Shown here: positions 1 to 12,470 of the stretch, in pieces | Position numbering within the stretch: the first letter of the stretch is position 1 | Layout: every line of letters begins with the position of its first letter | NCBI GenBank assembly: GCA_905178155.1 | Contig: CAJINV010000017.1 | Location: forward strand, 1,534,269-1,598,268 | DNA: 64,000 bases | Direction: 5' to 3' | DNA from: Amoebophrya sp. A120 | Lineage: Eukaryota; Protista; Dinoflagellata | Made by a program: the position numbers and the translations under genes | The notes under the pieces: model-generated | Seen by the model: the letters and a program-made list of their open reading frames with translations, nothing else | Told to the model about the DNA's origin: nothing | The model's database searches: none

Positions 1-739
1 ATACTTTCTACGCATAGACACGCCTTCTAGAGCTCCAAGAACCAAAAGTAGAAGCACAACAGATGAACTTTCGAGCTTATCATGTGTGTACTGTTTCAGT
101 TTCTGTTTCGCATTCGCAGGCGATTGGCGACCCGTAAACGAGGATGCTAAAGCTGCCGTATGTTTCTTGTGTAACCATAGCGAGGCCCTCGTGGCTTGTT
201 GTCTTCATAAAAAAAGCAATCACCTCACTGGAGGTCCGCAGTCGCAGCGTGTTCGTGCAGCTTCGCCAGTGATGCAAAAAAGAGTCCCTATAATTGGCTC
301 TTGTGCTCCAGGCACAGTAGTTCGCTACACTGTCATTTTCGATATCGGGCAGCCTTTCTAAGTGCGCTTGCGTGAGAAACAAATGAACGCCTTCTCGTAC
401 TGTCATCGACAGAATGCAGCTCACACCATCCTTGTGATATTCGATCCACCTCCGGTTCCGGTACCGATTCCAGTGTAATTGCAATGGATCCACCGTGGCG
501 CGGTATTGTTCGCACGCGCATGTATATCTGGTCCGTTTTCCACGACTGATTCGAGTAAAAACTTTTTCTTTTGTGGACGTGGAGGATTTCAAAAAAAAAA
601 AAGTTTATTTCATGTATTCATCGCTAGAGCAGATGCAGATACACCAGTAAATACAACTGATACCCGAGCAGCACATTCTCGCGCATAGATACTTAAACGT
701 ACATACTCACACTCTTTTCCTGCTTACACTCACAAAAAG

Positions 740-3608
740 ATGTTGTCGGGCCCGATTTTTTTCAAAAAGTATCTGTCTGCAAAAAGATGGTGGAGTCGCC
801 AACTCCATCGGCAGATTCGAAGAGCACTACTGGGCGGGTCTTCGCATCATGGTTCACCCTCGCTGTGCGCTGACGCCGGCGGTAGCGCCTCACAGGTAAT
901 GGCATCTCACGAACGCCAGGTGCGGATGTATCACAGCCTCGCGGACGAGAATCCAGCAGATTGCCTCGCGGGTTTGAGATCACATACAGTGCCAGCCTCA
1001 GCGCTCTCTAGAGGGTTGACCGGCGTAGGAACCGTTGCAGGCAGGAGCACAGCGTCCTCCTCCAGGTCAACATCATCATCATCATCATCATCATGCCCGA
1101 GTGACGTCGTTCATAAAACCGGGAAGACGATGAGTCGTCAAAATCCACCAGCACGACAAGACCACGACCGCTACGAAAATCCCGATCCGCAAGAAGCCGG
1201 GATCACGGGCACGGCCTTGACGATTGGAGTCGTGTCCGCGTTGTGTTACGCGGTCGCGTCCGTGGTGTCCTTTTCATCATCTTCGTCCTCCTCGAAGAGT
1301 GCAAAAAGGTCAAGTTCCGCAGGGGACGATCGCAGCGCCAGAGGCGGAAAAAATACCGAAGTTCCCGCAGACAGCACGTCGCCCAGAATATCGCCACTGC
1401 CGCTTGCCAATCCGGAGGACGACCCTGAGAACTACGACTTCGTTGCCAAAGGCAGCATGCATTTTGTCTACCGCCTGAAGCAGGATATTAAAGGTCGTGA
1501 CGCAACCTCCTCCAACACCGTGCTTCGCGTCCGGAAGAACAGTCAGCAACAAGCGTTTTACGACGAGGAATTTCGACGGAGGGTTGTCAGATCGCTCTTC
1601 CCCGATTGCAACGTGCAGGTGCCGGAGATTGTATTAGCTTCGCCCGAGTTTCTGACCAGACTGGTCGAGCGAACGAGGGCGGCAGACAGTGCTACCTTCT
1701 CAGTAGAAGATGGAACTACAGCCAAGTCTTCTACAAACTCGGGCAGCTTGGCGTCATCTTCTTCATCCAAGAACGGAGATGATCTCATCCCGGTTTCTAA
1801 GCTCCGCGACGCAACCAGAACGTCCGCGTTAAGGAACACAAAATCTACTTCCGTGCTCACGATCGAGATCAAGCCCAAGTGCGGGTTGCAGGAGATCGAG
1901 ACGCTGCCGACGCGGTTCGAGATGCTGCAGTACCAGAAACTGCGGAACGGGGAAATCAGCCGAATCACGAGATATAATCCCGTCCAGATGTTCAAACCCA
2001 GGACGGCGGCCCGGGCGTTGCAAAACCTTTTCGACGAACCCCAGAATTTTCTGAAGGTGTTTCTCGACGGAAAATTGCTGTTCGGGGAGGAGCTGTTGCG
2101 AGGTAGTCCGACCGACAATACCGAATTAGATTCGAATCTTCACGACAATCTGATCGTGGATTTAGCCCGGGAAGCGGGGAAGGCTTTGAAAATATCGGGT
2201 GCGGGTGAAGGATCTACTGCTAGCGGACTTCCATCCGCGAAATCAGAGTTCCTTCTTGACCTCGTCCAGCAGGTCGTACAAGCGGACCCCGCTTGGCAAC
2301 GCATCCTCCACGTGCAGGCGTTCGCGGCCGGGCGAACCGCCGAATACGCCAACGAATTGCTCTATGGATGTGTTAGGATCGAAATCGTCAAAGTTGAAAT
2401 AGTTTGCCATGCATAAAAATGCAACGCAAAGATTGTCTCTATTGCAGAGGACGCAAGGGAGACAGATTGTAAGCCTTTTGAGAGGTAGAAAAAGAGCTGC
2501 TAAAGTAGCATGACAAAAGGAAAAGGCGCCGCCCTTACCCAAACAGCATGACAAACTGGATTTAGGTTCTAAGTTGTGCCCAAGTTTGTCATGCGCCACT
2601 TAGAAACTGGGCTTTCAACTGGCATCCATTTCATGCATGGCAAATTATTTCGACTTTGTCGATTTCGAACCTGACAGATCCATATACTCGAGCACTTGCA
2701 GCGGACGAAGACAAGCACGAGGAACATGATTCTTTCTGTCGACGACTACGCGGCTGCTTTACAAGCGTCCTATCCTGAGTAAAAACGTACCCACGCCAGA
2801 GTTGTAATGCAGATTTGCAAAGACAGGAAGACTTGTAATGCGCATCCCCTGGAGAGCCATTTCCAGTCGTGTTTTGGAATTTGTGATGCTTTGAACAGGA
2901 TGAGCAGCTGGATTTGTGATGCGGCTGCACTTGCTAACCTGCGCTACACTTTAGAGTGCAACTTGTCATGCGTGACTCACAAAACTCCTAGGTTTGTGTT
3001 GCAAAATCCCCATCCTGACTCTGGTGTGGGTACGTTTTTACTCAGGATGCGTCCAAATTTCGTCCCTTTCTGCCCGACGAGAGCGGGATGCGGCTCAGCG
3101 AGCGCGAGGGGCGAAAACTCGTGGAGCAGACGAAGAGGAGCGAATTTTTACCGGGGGAAAGGCAGTTTTCGCAGGCCTCGCAAACGGATTTGGAGAAACA
3201 GATCGTGGCGTACATTTGCAGGTATAATATGACTGTTGGTGTTGCTTCTTGTTGTAAATGGTACTGAATTTTTCATTTAGCATGACTTTCGTATAAAACT
3301 GCAACGGGTCGCTGTGAACATACAAAGCGGCATGAAGATGATGCTATTCCAATTTTCTCCTCGCCCATACCAGGTTCCTGCTCGGCCGCATGGCCATGGA
3401 TTTGAGCGTGATGATGAATTTCGTACACGCCGACGTGGAAAATCTGGAGCCTCTGCGCAAAGCGGGTTTCCGCCCGTTGCGCGGACAGATCTGGTACCGG
3501 CTGACTCTGGTCGATACGGATTCTAAGCCGTTGGACCGGTTACCAACGTATTCCAGGCAGCTGGCGGAGTACGAGAGACTCTGGAAAGGGATGCCGGGTG
3601 GCGGATAG
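740..3608 (+). CDS. IPK1: Inositol-pentakisphosphate 2-kinase; 4 exons interrupted by two introners and one GT-AG intron (3222-3373)
   Basis: Motifs FVAKGSMHFVY, VLRVRK, TIEIKPKCG, YNPVQMF, EPQNFLKVF. After splicing: AYICRFLLGRMAMDLSVMM (matches the FLxxxxxxDxSxM motif) and LVDTDSKP. The true start could be a downstream ATG. Confidence 0.85.
2363..2684. mobile_element. Introner E1 (322 bp, TIR about 52 bp) in IPK1
   Basis: Left end tatggatgtgttaggatcgaaatcgtcaaagttgaaat pairs with right end atttcgactttgtcgatttcgaacctgacagatccata. TSD tgctc/tactc. Removal gives ANELL-EHLQR in frame. Confidence 0.9.
2771..3049. mobile_element. Introner E2 (279 bp) in IPK1
   Basis: TIR tatcctgagtaaaaacgtacccacgccagagt / actctggtgtgggtacgtttttactcaggatg. 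TSD cgtcc. Removal gives AALQA-SKFRPF. Confidence 0.92.
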
Positions 3609-4720
3609 GAGTGAGAAAGTGGATTGCTGTGGCGCTGGTCTACTTGATGCTGCGAGGAGGAGCTGACAAGTTCAATGAAGCGCATTTTTTGCGATGGTGA
3701 GAGTGATCAAGAAAACACCTACTTCAAGTGAACAGTACTTCGAATCCGCATGCTAGCGCAACAAGCCACTTTTTTGTTGGATGTGATGTCCCCATGCAAA
3801 TCACGAGTCTTGAAGTTTCACGCTGTTTCGCACAGCACCAATGGCACTACGAGATAAAACACGTATGCGCATACTTACAGTAGACGAATACCACTAAAAG
3901 AGCCGAGTCGTGGAGAATGTTGGAGCGTGTTCACGTGCTAGCTGACTGTGCTAGGCAATGATATACACAGCGAATTCAAAATATACGTATGTATCAAAGT
4001 CAAACGAAACATAGAGAGTAGAGTACGAGAGCTGGCGAGCGCACCAAAAAAAAGCAAAAATGCAAACCTGAGTGTAATGATGTTTCTGTTTCAGAAGTTT
4101 CATCTCCGACTTGGCGAAAGCGCCTATGTAATGTGTAGTTTTTCTTGCTGACTCACACATGTCGCCATGACCCCCCTGCCAGACCTAAACGAGTGACTCG
4201 CTCAAGATGATTTTTATCTTTGAAAGTAGGCCTGCCCATCTCAATCTCGAACGCCATAAGTAAGAAGCAGTAGCTCCCAGTAGTACCACTAAGAATCTTC
4301 TTAATCTTCTTCTTTGAAGAGCGTCATATATAAGTTTCATCAACCAAGAGAGAAGATTTACTGCTATCTAAATTCTTCATGCTCGGCATCCTGTTTCTTC
4401 TCGTTCTTTGTTTGAGCCATCTTGTCAACGGCGATAGCGAGAGAAAGGCCTCAGACGAAGCAGGAGCCACCAGCACGGCTAGAAACTCTAGTCCACAAAC
4501 ACGAAACTCCCTCTCCCCGAGGACTAGCTCAACTAGAGAAAGAACAAGAGGCATGAGATAGTCGTGCTGGTGTACAACTAGACTAGTAGGTGTCGCGCCA
4601 AAGTGTTCCTGAAAGTAGATTTTCCATACTAGATTAGTTTGCCCTGTTGCCCCCTCCTCTTTTCTCCCACACACAACTTCTACGCCCTTTTTTCTTTACC
4701 GAACTAGAGAGCCCTAAGTC

Positions 4721-5902
4721 ATGTCCGCCGCCGCCTCGATCCGTACTTCGGTCCGGCAAACCCGGTTCTTCGCGACCACAGTGAAGCGCGCCGTTGACGC
4801 CCCGGCGCGGATCGAACTGAAGATGGGCGTAGGGCTTCGGAACCGGCGGCCGAAGGTATGGGACGGCACGGGGGAGGTGAACAGGTTGAAACCGGTGTAC
4901 TCGAAAGACCAAGTGAAGGAGTGGCGAGAAACCTTCAAAATGCCCAAGCTGCAGCATTCGCTGGGCAGACCGAGCTACAGTGACGACGACATATTAACTT
5001 GGAGAGCGGTCTTTGACAAGTATAACAAAGATCGTTGGACTGTTCGACAACTCTCGAACTACTGTAGACGGATCGAAATCGAATTGACTTTCCAAAACAG
5101 GTGCAGGCGTTTAAGTAGTGCACCTCAGTGCCACTGTCAACTACACGCTAGTGATTACTTATGTTGACCCCGTCCTCTTCGAAGTAAACATCGAACAAAT
5201 ATTAACTCAGGTACTGCAGTGGGCAATCCGGACAGATCAACCTGACAAACTTTCAGAAGCTACTGCAGGAAAAGTACCCCGACATTCCGGAGAAGGAACT
5301 TCCTTCGCTCGTCATGCGACACTGGAAGCAGTTCGATTTGGACGGGAACAACTTTATCGATTTCGGCGAGTTCTGCAAGGTGTCCTTCAAAGTGGACGTG
5401 TCCAGGATGCGGGAGTCGATTTTTGACGGCGGGAACAAGGAGAAAATGAAGGAAATTTTCTTGAAGTACCAAGAAGACGGCTACATAACGGAGACCGGCC
5501 TGTTTCAAATGATGGAAGACTACCGGTTCACCTGCGCAACCACGAGCGATTTGCGAAAGTTGTTGAGCCTGATTGACTATCCATTGCAAATTATGTCTGG
5601 GTCTAGAAGACGAGCGCAGGTTTGTCATGCTCAGCCAGCATGACTCTCAAGTCTGTCATGCAGGTTATGCAAAAGCCCCGACTTTCTGTCATGCAAAAAC
5701 CAACGTACTTTGTCAACACACAACACGTAGCAAGTCAGAAACTTGTCATGCCGAGCCGTCACTTGTGGCCTCCTCATGATTTGCCTCTCAGCGTCACAAG
5801 TTTCCAGACCCAGACACTTTTACAGTCCACATTTACAAGGACAAGGACAACATGCTGTCGGAGCTGGATTTTGAGTCCTGGGCAAAATCCGAAAAAGACT
5901 GA
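4721..5902 (+). CDS. Calmodulin-like EF-hand protein with a mitochondrial-type presequence; introns at about 5034-5224 and E3
   Basis: EF loops NKDxSGQIN, DLDGNNFIDFGEF, QEDGYITETGL and (after removing E3) DKDKDNMLSELDF. The N-terminus MSAAASIRTSVRQTRFFATT is Arg/Ser/Thr-rich with no acidic residues. Confidence 0.8.
5578..5831. mobile_element. Introner E3 (254 bp, degenerate member of the E9/E11 family)
   Basis: Ends tatccattgcaaattatgtctgggtctagaa / ttccagacccagacacttttacagtccaca. TSD ttgac/tttac. Removal restores the EF-hand LID-KDKDNML. Confidence 0.85.
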
Positions 5903-6489
5903 AAATTGATGATCTTCAGAGGAGTACTGTTTGATGTATTTGGTGGCGTGCAGCTGCATTCGCATTCTTTTTCTATGAATAAAACGAATGCTGCGCACAG
6001 TCTACTGGTAAGACACTGTTTCAGAAACTGCAAAAATTCTATACGATCATTTTGGTGCTGGTACTGGATCCCCCTCGTCGTGGTGTCGTGAGCAGAACGA
6101 CAGCAGAACATAAGCGATTTTGCTGGATCAAATCTGTGTCTTTAGAACTCTTATATTTTCCACCGGCTCAGGATCTTCGATATGTGGCGTTTCATTGCGG
6201 AAAACGAAACTAAAAAATACTCGTTGCCTTCAGTCGCATATGCAGGAGCCGTGCAGTAGAATAGATACTTTGCGATGATGTACTGACTTTCGAACGAGCA
6301 GAAGAAAGTAGTGCAGCGGCACAACACCAAAGATCAACGTGTAAACAAAGATAATTTCTGTACTATCTTGGTTACAGCTCTAAAATAAAATATTGGAAGC
6401 GCGTTTGATCCACAGGATTACCTTCTATAAGGAAAGAAGGAGTTTTCTGATGGCGAAAACGGAAAGGATGAAGATAAAAATCGTATAGG

Positions 6490-6680
6490 TCATCAAGGCT
6501 TGAAATCAAGATGGAAAATGAAAGAGACACGTTGTCAATTGAAGGTAACTGTAATTGACACCGCAAGGCTAAGGTTAACAGAAAACGGTTGCAACCCTCG
6601 ATGCCTTCATCCGGAGAATTCCATTCGAACAGACACAGGGAAATGTATGTACGTTGTTTTCGTGGTATTTTTTCCAGTGC
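6490..6680. repeat. Dispersed diverged repeat, copy 1 (copy 2 at about 9480-9680)
   Basis: Shared collinear blocks agatggaa..aagagacacg.tgtca, ccgcaagg, cagaaaa.ggttg, cctcgat, aattcca.tcga.cag. Confidence 0.6.
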
Positions 6681-9479
6681 TTGGCTTGTCCACAACAAAC
6701 AGACGTCCTATGGTTAGGTTAAGAAAGAGATAGCTTAGTAGATAGAAGCTGGCTATAGAGTTTTCCTCCTCCTCTTCCTTTTTCCAGATAGGATTCTTAT
6801 TCTTTCTCTTTGCGATCATCGTGCCAGTTTGTTTTTCATCTCGTAGTGATCATCCCTGTGGAAGATCAATCGGTTGTCTTGCTCTTATCTTAATCTTCGC
6901 ACCAGAACAAGCACAATAAGCGTACCTTCCCTATAAAAAAAATGCAAAGCTTCGCCCAAGACGTAGCAGGTGGTGGCCAGCCACTGCCACAGGTACCACT
7001 AGTATCACGGAACAACGACAGAAAGTTAACAAAAACTGCTCCACGACAAGCACTATCCTTTGTCAGCGATAAAATCGCAGCAAGAAGAACAAGCGCTACC
7101 CTAAAAGGTCAAATAAGAGATCTACGTGCACCACCTTCCAGCGAGCATGCCGTGCGCCTGGCATTTCTGCGGTATTGTGGCGCCCCCCCCTTCACGCGGG
7201 GGGGGGGGGGGCGTGGAGACGCGCAGGACGAGGCGCTGCTCTGCTCGCGGTTTTTTTTGTCTCTCGCGCTTTTGGCGCTGTGTTAAGCAAGAACCACGAC
7301 CACACTGCACATTTCCCGTATGCCGGCGCAGCGACCGCGATGAGCGATTTGCCGTATTAAGTATTGCTATGCTTCTATTTCCACGCCTATAGAGTTGCCC
7401 TTCCCCTTGCACAGCCAAGGTCGCCGACCACTATTGCAGCGAGGCCCGGTATTTCTGCAGTCAGGAATCTTTGGAACCGCTTTGGAAGGAAATAATCCGA
7501 CGGCCCGCCGGGCTGCAGCGAAGATGAATGCACAGCATCACGACCAGAGCGTGTCGCACAAAGTCGAAGGCGGGTGGTCGTCAGGCTACGAGGCCGGCGG
7601 AGAGGCCGCAAAGACGTCGACAAGCAGCGCCAAGATGAAAGCGCTTTCGGAAAGCCACGCCGACGCCGAGCTGAACAATGCGGACTACCTTGAGGCATTA
7701 TACTCGCAGCAGCTCTACTGTCTCGCAAGTGCGCCATTTGGTATTAAGACGCTTCCACGTCGTTGTCAAGGGAGGCGCGGGCGGTTCCACACGAGTTCTA
7801 CAGCAGATAGTGAGGCTCCCCCTGCTGGGGGGCTGCGGAGGGTTGAGGCCTGCCCATACCTCGGAAGTTTGGGCATACCAAGCTCGCAGGAACCTAGCGA
7901 GCAGCGTGCCCCGTGCATCTTTTTCAGCGAGGCAGAGCCGGCGCCGTCGTCGTTAGACAGCGGGAGCGGCTCTCGTGCTGGTGATGAATGCAGCAACGTT
8001 ATCCCGCCGATGAGGACATACCAGGGGCAGGGAGCTGCAGGAGACGGAGACTCCGACAGCGAGCCAGGCTTTCTATTAGGGCTGCGCTCCGGCTTCAGCA
8101 GGGCGACCAGTTGCGGCAGCCGCAGCGATTTTGGCGCAGCAGAACCGCCAACATCGGGCTCCTGTCACGCTACCGCGTGTTCCGGGGTTTAGAAGTACTC
8201 GGCTTCTTCGGTAAAAAAGGTGTGAGTGTCGAATGCCAGTGGAAATGAGAATAACTGTATCGAGCACACACGAAACCCGATTACAGTAAGTTGCAGAACC
8301 TAGTAACAAGGAAACGTGGACCACACGACCGCCAGCGTGAGTCACTCGCGAGTACGAACCGGGCAGAAGTAGAAAGAAAGAATAATAGAAAATATGATGA
8401 TTTACAGTAATTAACCCTGCGGAGTGCCAGCTATGGAGTGCTTTTTGTGTTTTGTTCTTTTCGAAGACTCCCACTGGTACTAGCACAAGAGCTCCAAATT
8501 CGATTTCGAACTCAAATAAATATAAATGACAAACCACAGAAGTCAAGATATAGTGACTCTCTCTCTCGAGATATAAGACCGATAGGGTTGTAGTCTCGCG
8601 AGATTTTCTCGTGAATAAATTGCAAATTGTAAACTGTGCCTGTAGTTGTGCAACAAACACAAACACAAACTCAAACTACAACATGTATGATACGCACCAC
8701 CTCCTCCTGGGCCTCTACTGCCTTCTTTAAATTTTTTCCAATTTTACCTGCCTTATGTAGGAGGACCATGCATTTGTATGTTGAATGTGACCGTGCGACG
8801 AGAAGTGCTGCCTGCACATGGGCCGGTCTTTTCGATATTATGCCTGACTTCTTCTCTTGACTATGCACCACTACGACCACCACAAAAATGGGAGGCAAGA
8901 TTTGGACTCCCAGTTACCTACCAACAACTACGAGCTTGTCAAAATACCCTTTGCCGTGCAACATCGAATCTGACCTCTTTTAGGGTCGTCGTGTTGACCA
9001 TAGGCAGTATGAGTTTACGATGGTGCTGGAGATCTCCCAACAAAATTTTACCGCCAAAATATTAGTTTTCTAAAAGTGCTTCGCTTTGCTTTTTTTTTGT
9101 TTTTTCTTTATGTGTGCACTGCAACTGTTCTAGTTCTACCTCGTCACGAGCGAGGATTCGCAAGAAACGCACTGACTTGCGAGTGCTTTCCGAAACACTA
9201 CTCGGCTCGACTTGACTGGACTTGCGTTGCATCCAGGCGAGCTACGACATCGAAACAAAAGGAAGATTTAGATACTATCGTTTAGAGCTACTAGAGGAGT
9301 ACTACTACTCAAAATAAAAATATGTCCCTACTGTAGGGAAGAAACGAACGAGAAAAGCAACAAAGAGTGCTCTAATGTAAAAACTTAGAATCGCGCTTGG
9401 CGTCCCTTCTACATCTACACGGAAAAAAACAGATTTCTCTTGGAGAAACGAACAGCAAAGGATAAAGAAGGTAAAGTCA

Positions 9480-9680
9480 ACATGAAGACTTCAAAGAAAG
9501 GCTGATTTAGCAGATGGAAGACGGAAGAGACACGCTGTCATCTCGAGGTAGCTGCCACCGCAAGGTAAGCAGAAAAAGGTTGTCCTCGATCGCTTTCATC
9601 AAGATAATTCCAGTCGAGCAGCCTTGTTTTGGACAGCACACGTGAGTAAGTATTGCGTTCGTGTCATTTTTGCGATATAT
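9480..9680. repeat. Dispersed diverged repeat, copy 2
   Basis: Collinear similarity to 6490-6680. Confidence 0.6.
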
Positions 9681-10296
9681 TGGGATTGTTTGCCATGCTC
9701 GTCGCAGCCCGCTTTACATCACGCGGTAAGTTGTCAGCCGCCGTCTTAATTCCGACGCGTGTAGTGGAAAGATGCATCGAGTTGATGTGATCAAAGGTGA
9801 TCGTTTTTCTCTGAAGAGGATGTTTGCTTTACAGCAATAATGTCACTCTCGTGTCAACTATTTTTCATCTGGACCGCCGTCGTGATCTTGGCCCAAAGCA
9901 GCGCATTTTTCGGATCTGAGACAATCTTCTGATTACGCAACGCAACCACGACTGACCAAGATCCTCTGCATGATTTTGTATGATCAAGTACAAGATCAAA
10001 AGCAAAATAGATAGAGATACACCCGTGTCGCATCAGTGTGTTAATTCTTGTTTTGCCTTTTTATTTTTTCGAACTCTTCTATGTTAGTCTTCACCTTCAG
10101 ACGATGGTGCATGCAGCAAGGGATGTTTGATAGCAACCAAGTTCATCGGTGTTAAGCGGATTTTTATCTGACCCGTTCAATTTTTTTTCTTAGAATTGAA
10201 GTTCGTTTGTATTCCCCAGCCGGTTCTGAGTCTTCATCCTCGATTTGTTCATCCGTTCAGTTGATAGCGACAACATCAAGACGTCGCAAGGACACT

Positions 10297-12470
10297 ATGG
10301 CTCGCGCTCGCACTAATACCACGCAGCCAGCAGTTGCCCCCACGGCAATCAGCTCCACTTCCCCCGATGCGACGAATAAAACCAGCGCCGCAATTGGGAA
10401 CAATAAAGGTAAATCGCTTCTGCCGCAAGTCCTGATCCGGCCGCAGACGGATTTGCACCCCAAGTCCAGAACCTTCATCCGCGACGTGGTTGAGATTCTG
10501 TACGAAAAAGTTTTCCTGAACGGTGAGGACACGTTGAGGCTGGCGAAGGAAGTTGAGGCGGCGACAAAGAGGGCGGGCGACAGCACGACACCTGCAACGA
10601 GCATCGACGACGACGGAAAATGGCTGCAGGAGGCACTGATGCCCGAACAGGCGATCCAGCCTTCCTACGATTCCGACCAGGATGCGCGGCAGTACATGAA
10701 GCGGCTACAGTCGAAGCAGAAACACCAACTCTACGTTGATTGGGTGCGAAACGTGTTGGATTCTCGGTACGGAGGTGGCTGGCACGTGCTTTTCGGAAAG
10801 GATATGGGGTATTCTTTAAGTTTGTACTGCACAAGGATTCTGAACTAGGTGTCGAGGAATCTTCTTCAGCTTTTTTCCGTCGTCGTGAATTGGAATTGCT
10901 ATGTGGTGTTTCGAAGTTTTCTTTACTTCTAGACAACGGACAGGTGGAGGACACGACAATAAAGTGGAGGTAGCTTTGAAGATACCTCCGAGCCTCTTCC
11001 AGTACTACTCCTACATCAGTGAGTTGGCATCAAGTGTTTACCGTAGCTGCATTTCGATTTCTTTATCTTTTTATTCACTTGTTCGTCCTACACAGCTTTT
11101 CCAAAATAATAAAAACCCCTAGGTTCGCCATGCGGTACCGCAAAGGATCTCTTGGCATGTTCAGCATCGGCAATGCCGTCAGGGTGATCGTCTACAAATC
11201 TGGCCCGGAGGGCACCGCGCTGCACAACAATCGCCTCGTGTGCACCCGACCGCCCGAAGTGAAAGCCGCCGCGTACAGTCTGACGGACAAAGACTGTCCG
11301 AAGCTGCAAATCGTCGGCTGGTACGGGTACTGTGCGGAGGAGTGGGAGGACGAGGAAGTAGGAGGAGCAGGAATGTTGACACATGGGGAGAAAGAGCAGG
11401 AGGAGGCGAGAGAAGAGGAGGCGAGAGACGGCAAGGAAGCTCTACAACCGCACGAACCACGAGCCGCAGGCGGAGCAACAGAGGGCAACGACCCGACTAC
11501 TGCTATTCAAATAAAACGGAAGGAACAAATCCTCGAGTTCGCCCGGTCCCGGAAGCGGTTCGAACCGGTTATCGATGCGTTGACGAAGGCGGTTCCGTTT
11601 GAGGCGAGCGATTCCGCGGTGTTCGCCAGGTCTTTACGGTACCAACTGACCAAAAACGCAGTGTTTGAGGACTTGGAAAAGGAAAAGAAAAACGCGGGAG
11701 AAGGCGCATCAAGTGCTTCGTCGACCAACACTGCTACGTCCAACCTTACAGTTGAAAATATCCATTGCAAGGAGAGTTCGCAGCGGGATCTACTTCCTGA
11801 AGAAGGGGACATCAAGCAAGCGTCTAGGACAGCCTCCGGAGAAGCAGAGATCACATCAGCCTCCACGACCTCGCCGTCTTTGACAGTCTGTCAGCCGAAA
11901 GCGGACAGCAGTTGGCACTGCTACATCGGGTCGGACTACGCGGTGTCGACGGCGGTGACGGCGGAAAACCAGATCACCGCCATGTACAAAAAGAAGCGCG
12001 TCATCGTCTTCCAGCACTGCAGTCCGGACGACCCGCAGAGCTTTTCCCCGGTCGCGCTGGCCAAAACGGTCTTCTCGGATGGGCAGATGTTGATGAAAAT
12101 CCTGCCGTACTTGTGTCTGTTTCTCCTCGGCATCTGGTATTGCAGCCGCAAAATCCTCTGCGTCGACAGGGAAAGTCTCGCAGGAGGAGCCTTGGCGGCG
12201 GACGGGACGGGACACGCGGAAGCGGTGGACAGATCGGAGGCGTCAGCAGAAAACCTCACAGATACGGCTGTGGGTCCAAAACTCACTGTGCACCCCAACG
12301 TGGAAGCGTACACGGGTCAGGACTTCGGTTTTCTCGTCGACACCGCGCTTTGCCGACCGGATCTGGAGAAGAGTGGGATTATGACGTACGTCGCCGGGCT
12401 TTTTATAGCGATGATGGTCGCAAGGAGCGTGTCGGGGAAGATGGGCGGGGGTGGAGGCGGAAAGAGATAG
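10297..12470 (+). CDS. Protein with two dynein light chain (LC8/DYNLL)-like domains and C-terminal transmembrane helices; GT-AG intron 10809-11122
   Basis: Spliced sequence VRNVLDSRYGGGWHVLFGKDMG-FAMRY...VIVYKSG resembles LC8 FDKKYxxxWHCIVGxxFG...ILLFKSG. Second copy WHCYIGSDYA...RVIVFQ. Hydrophobic segments ILPYLCLFLLGIWY and IMTYVAGLFIAMMVA. Confidence 0.7.
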
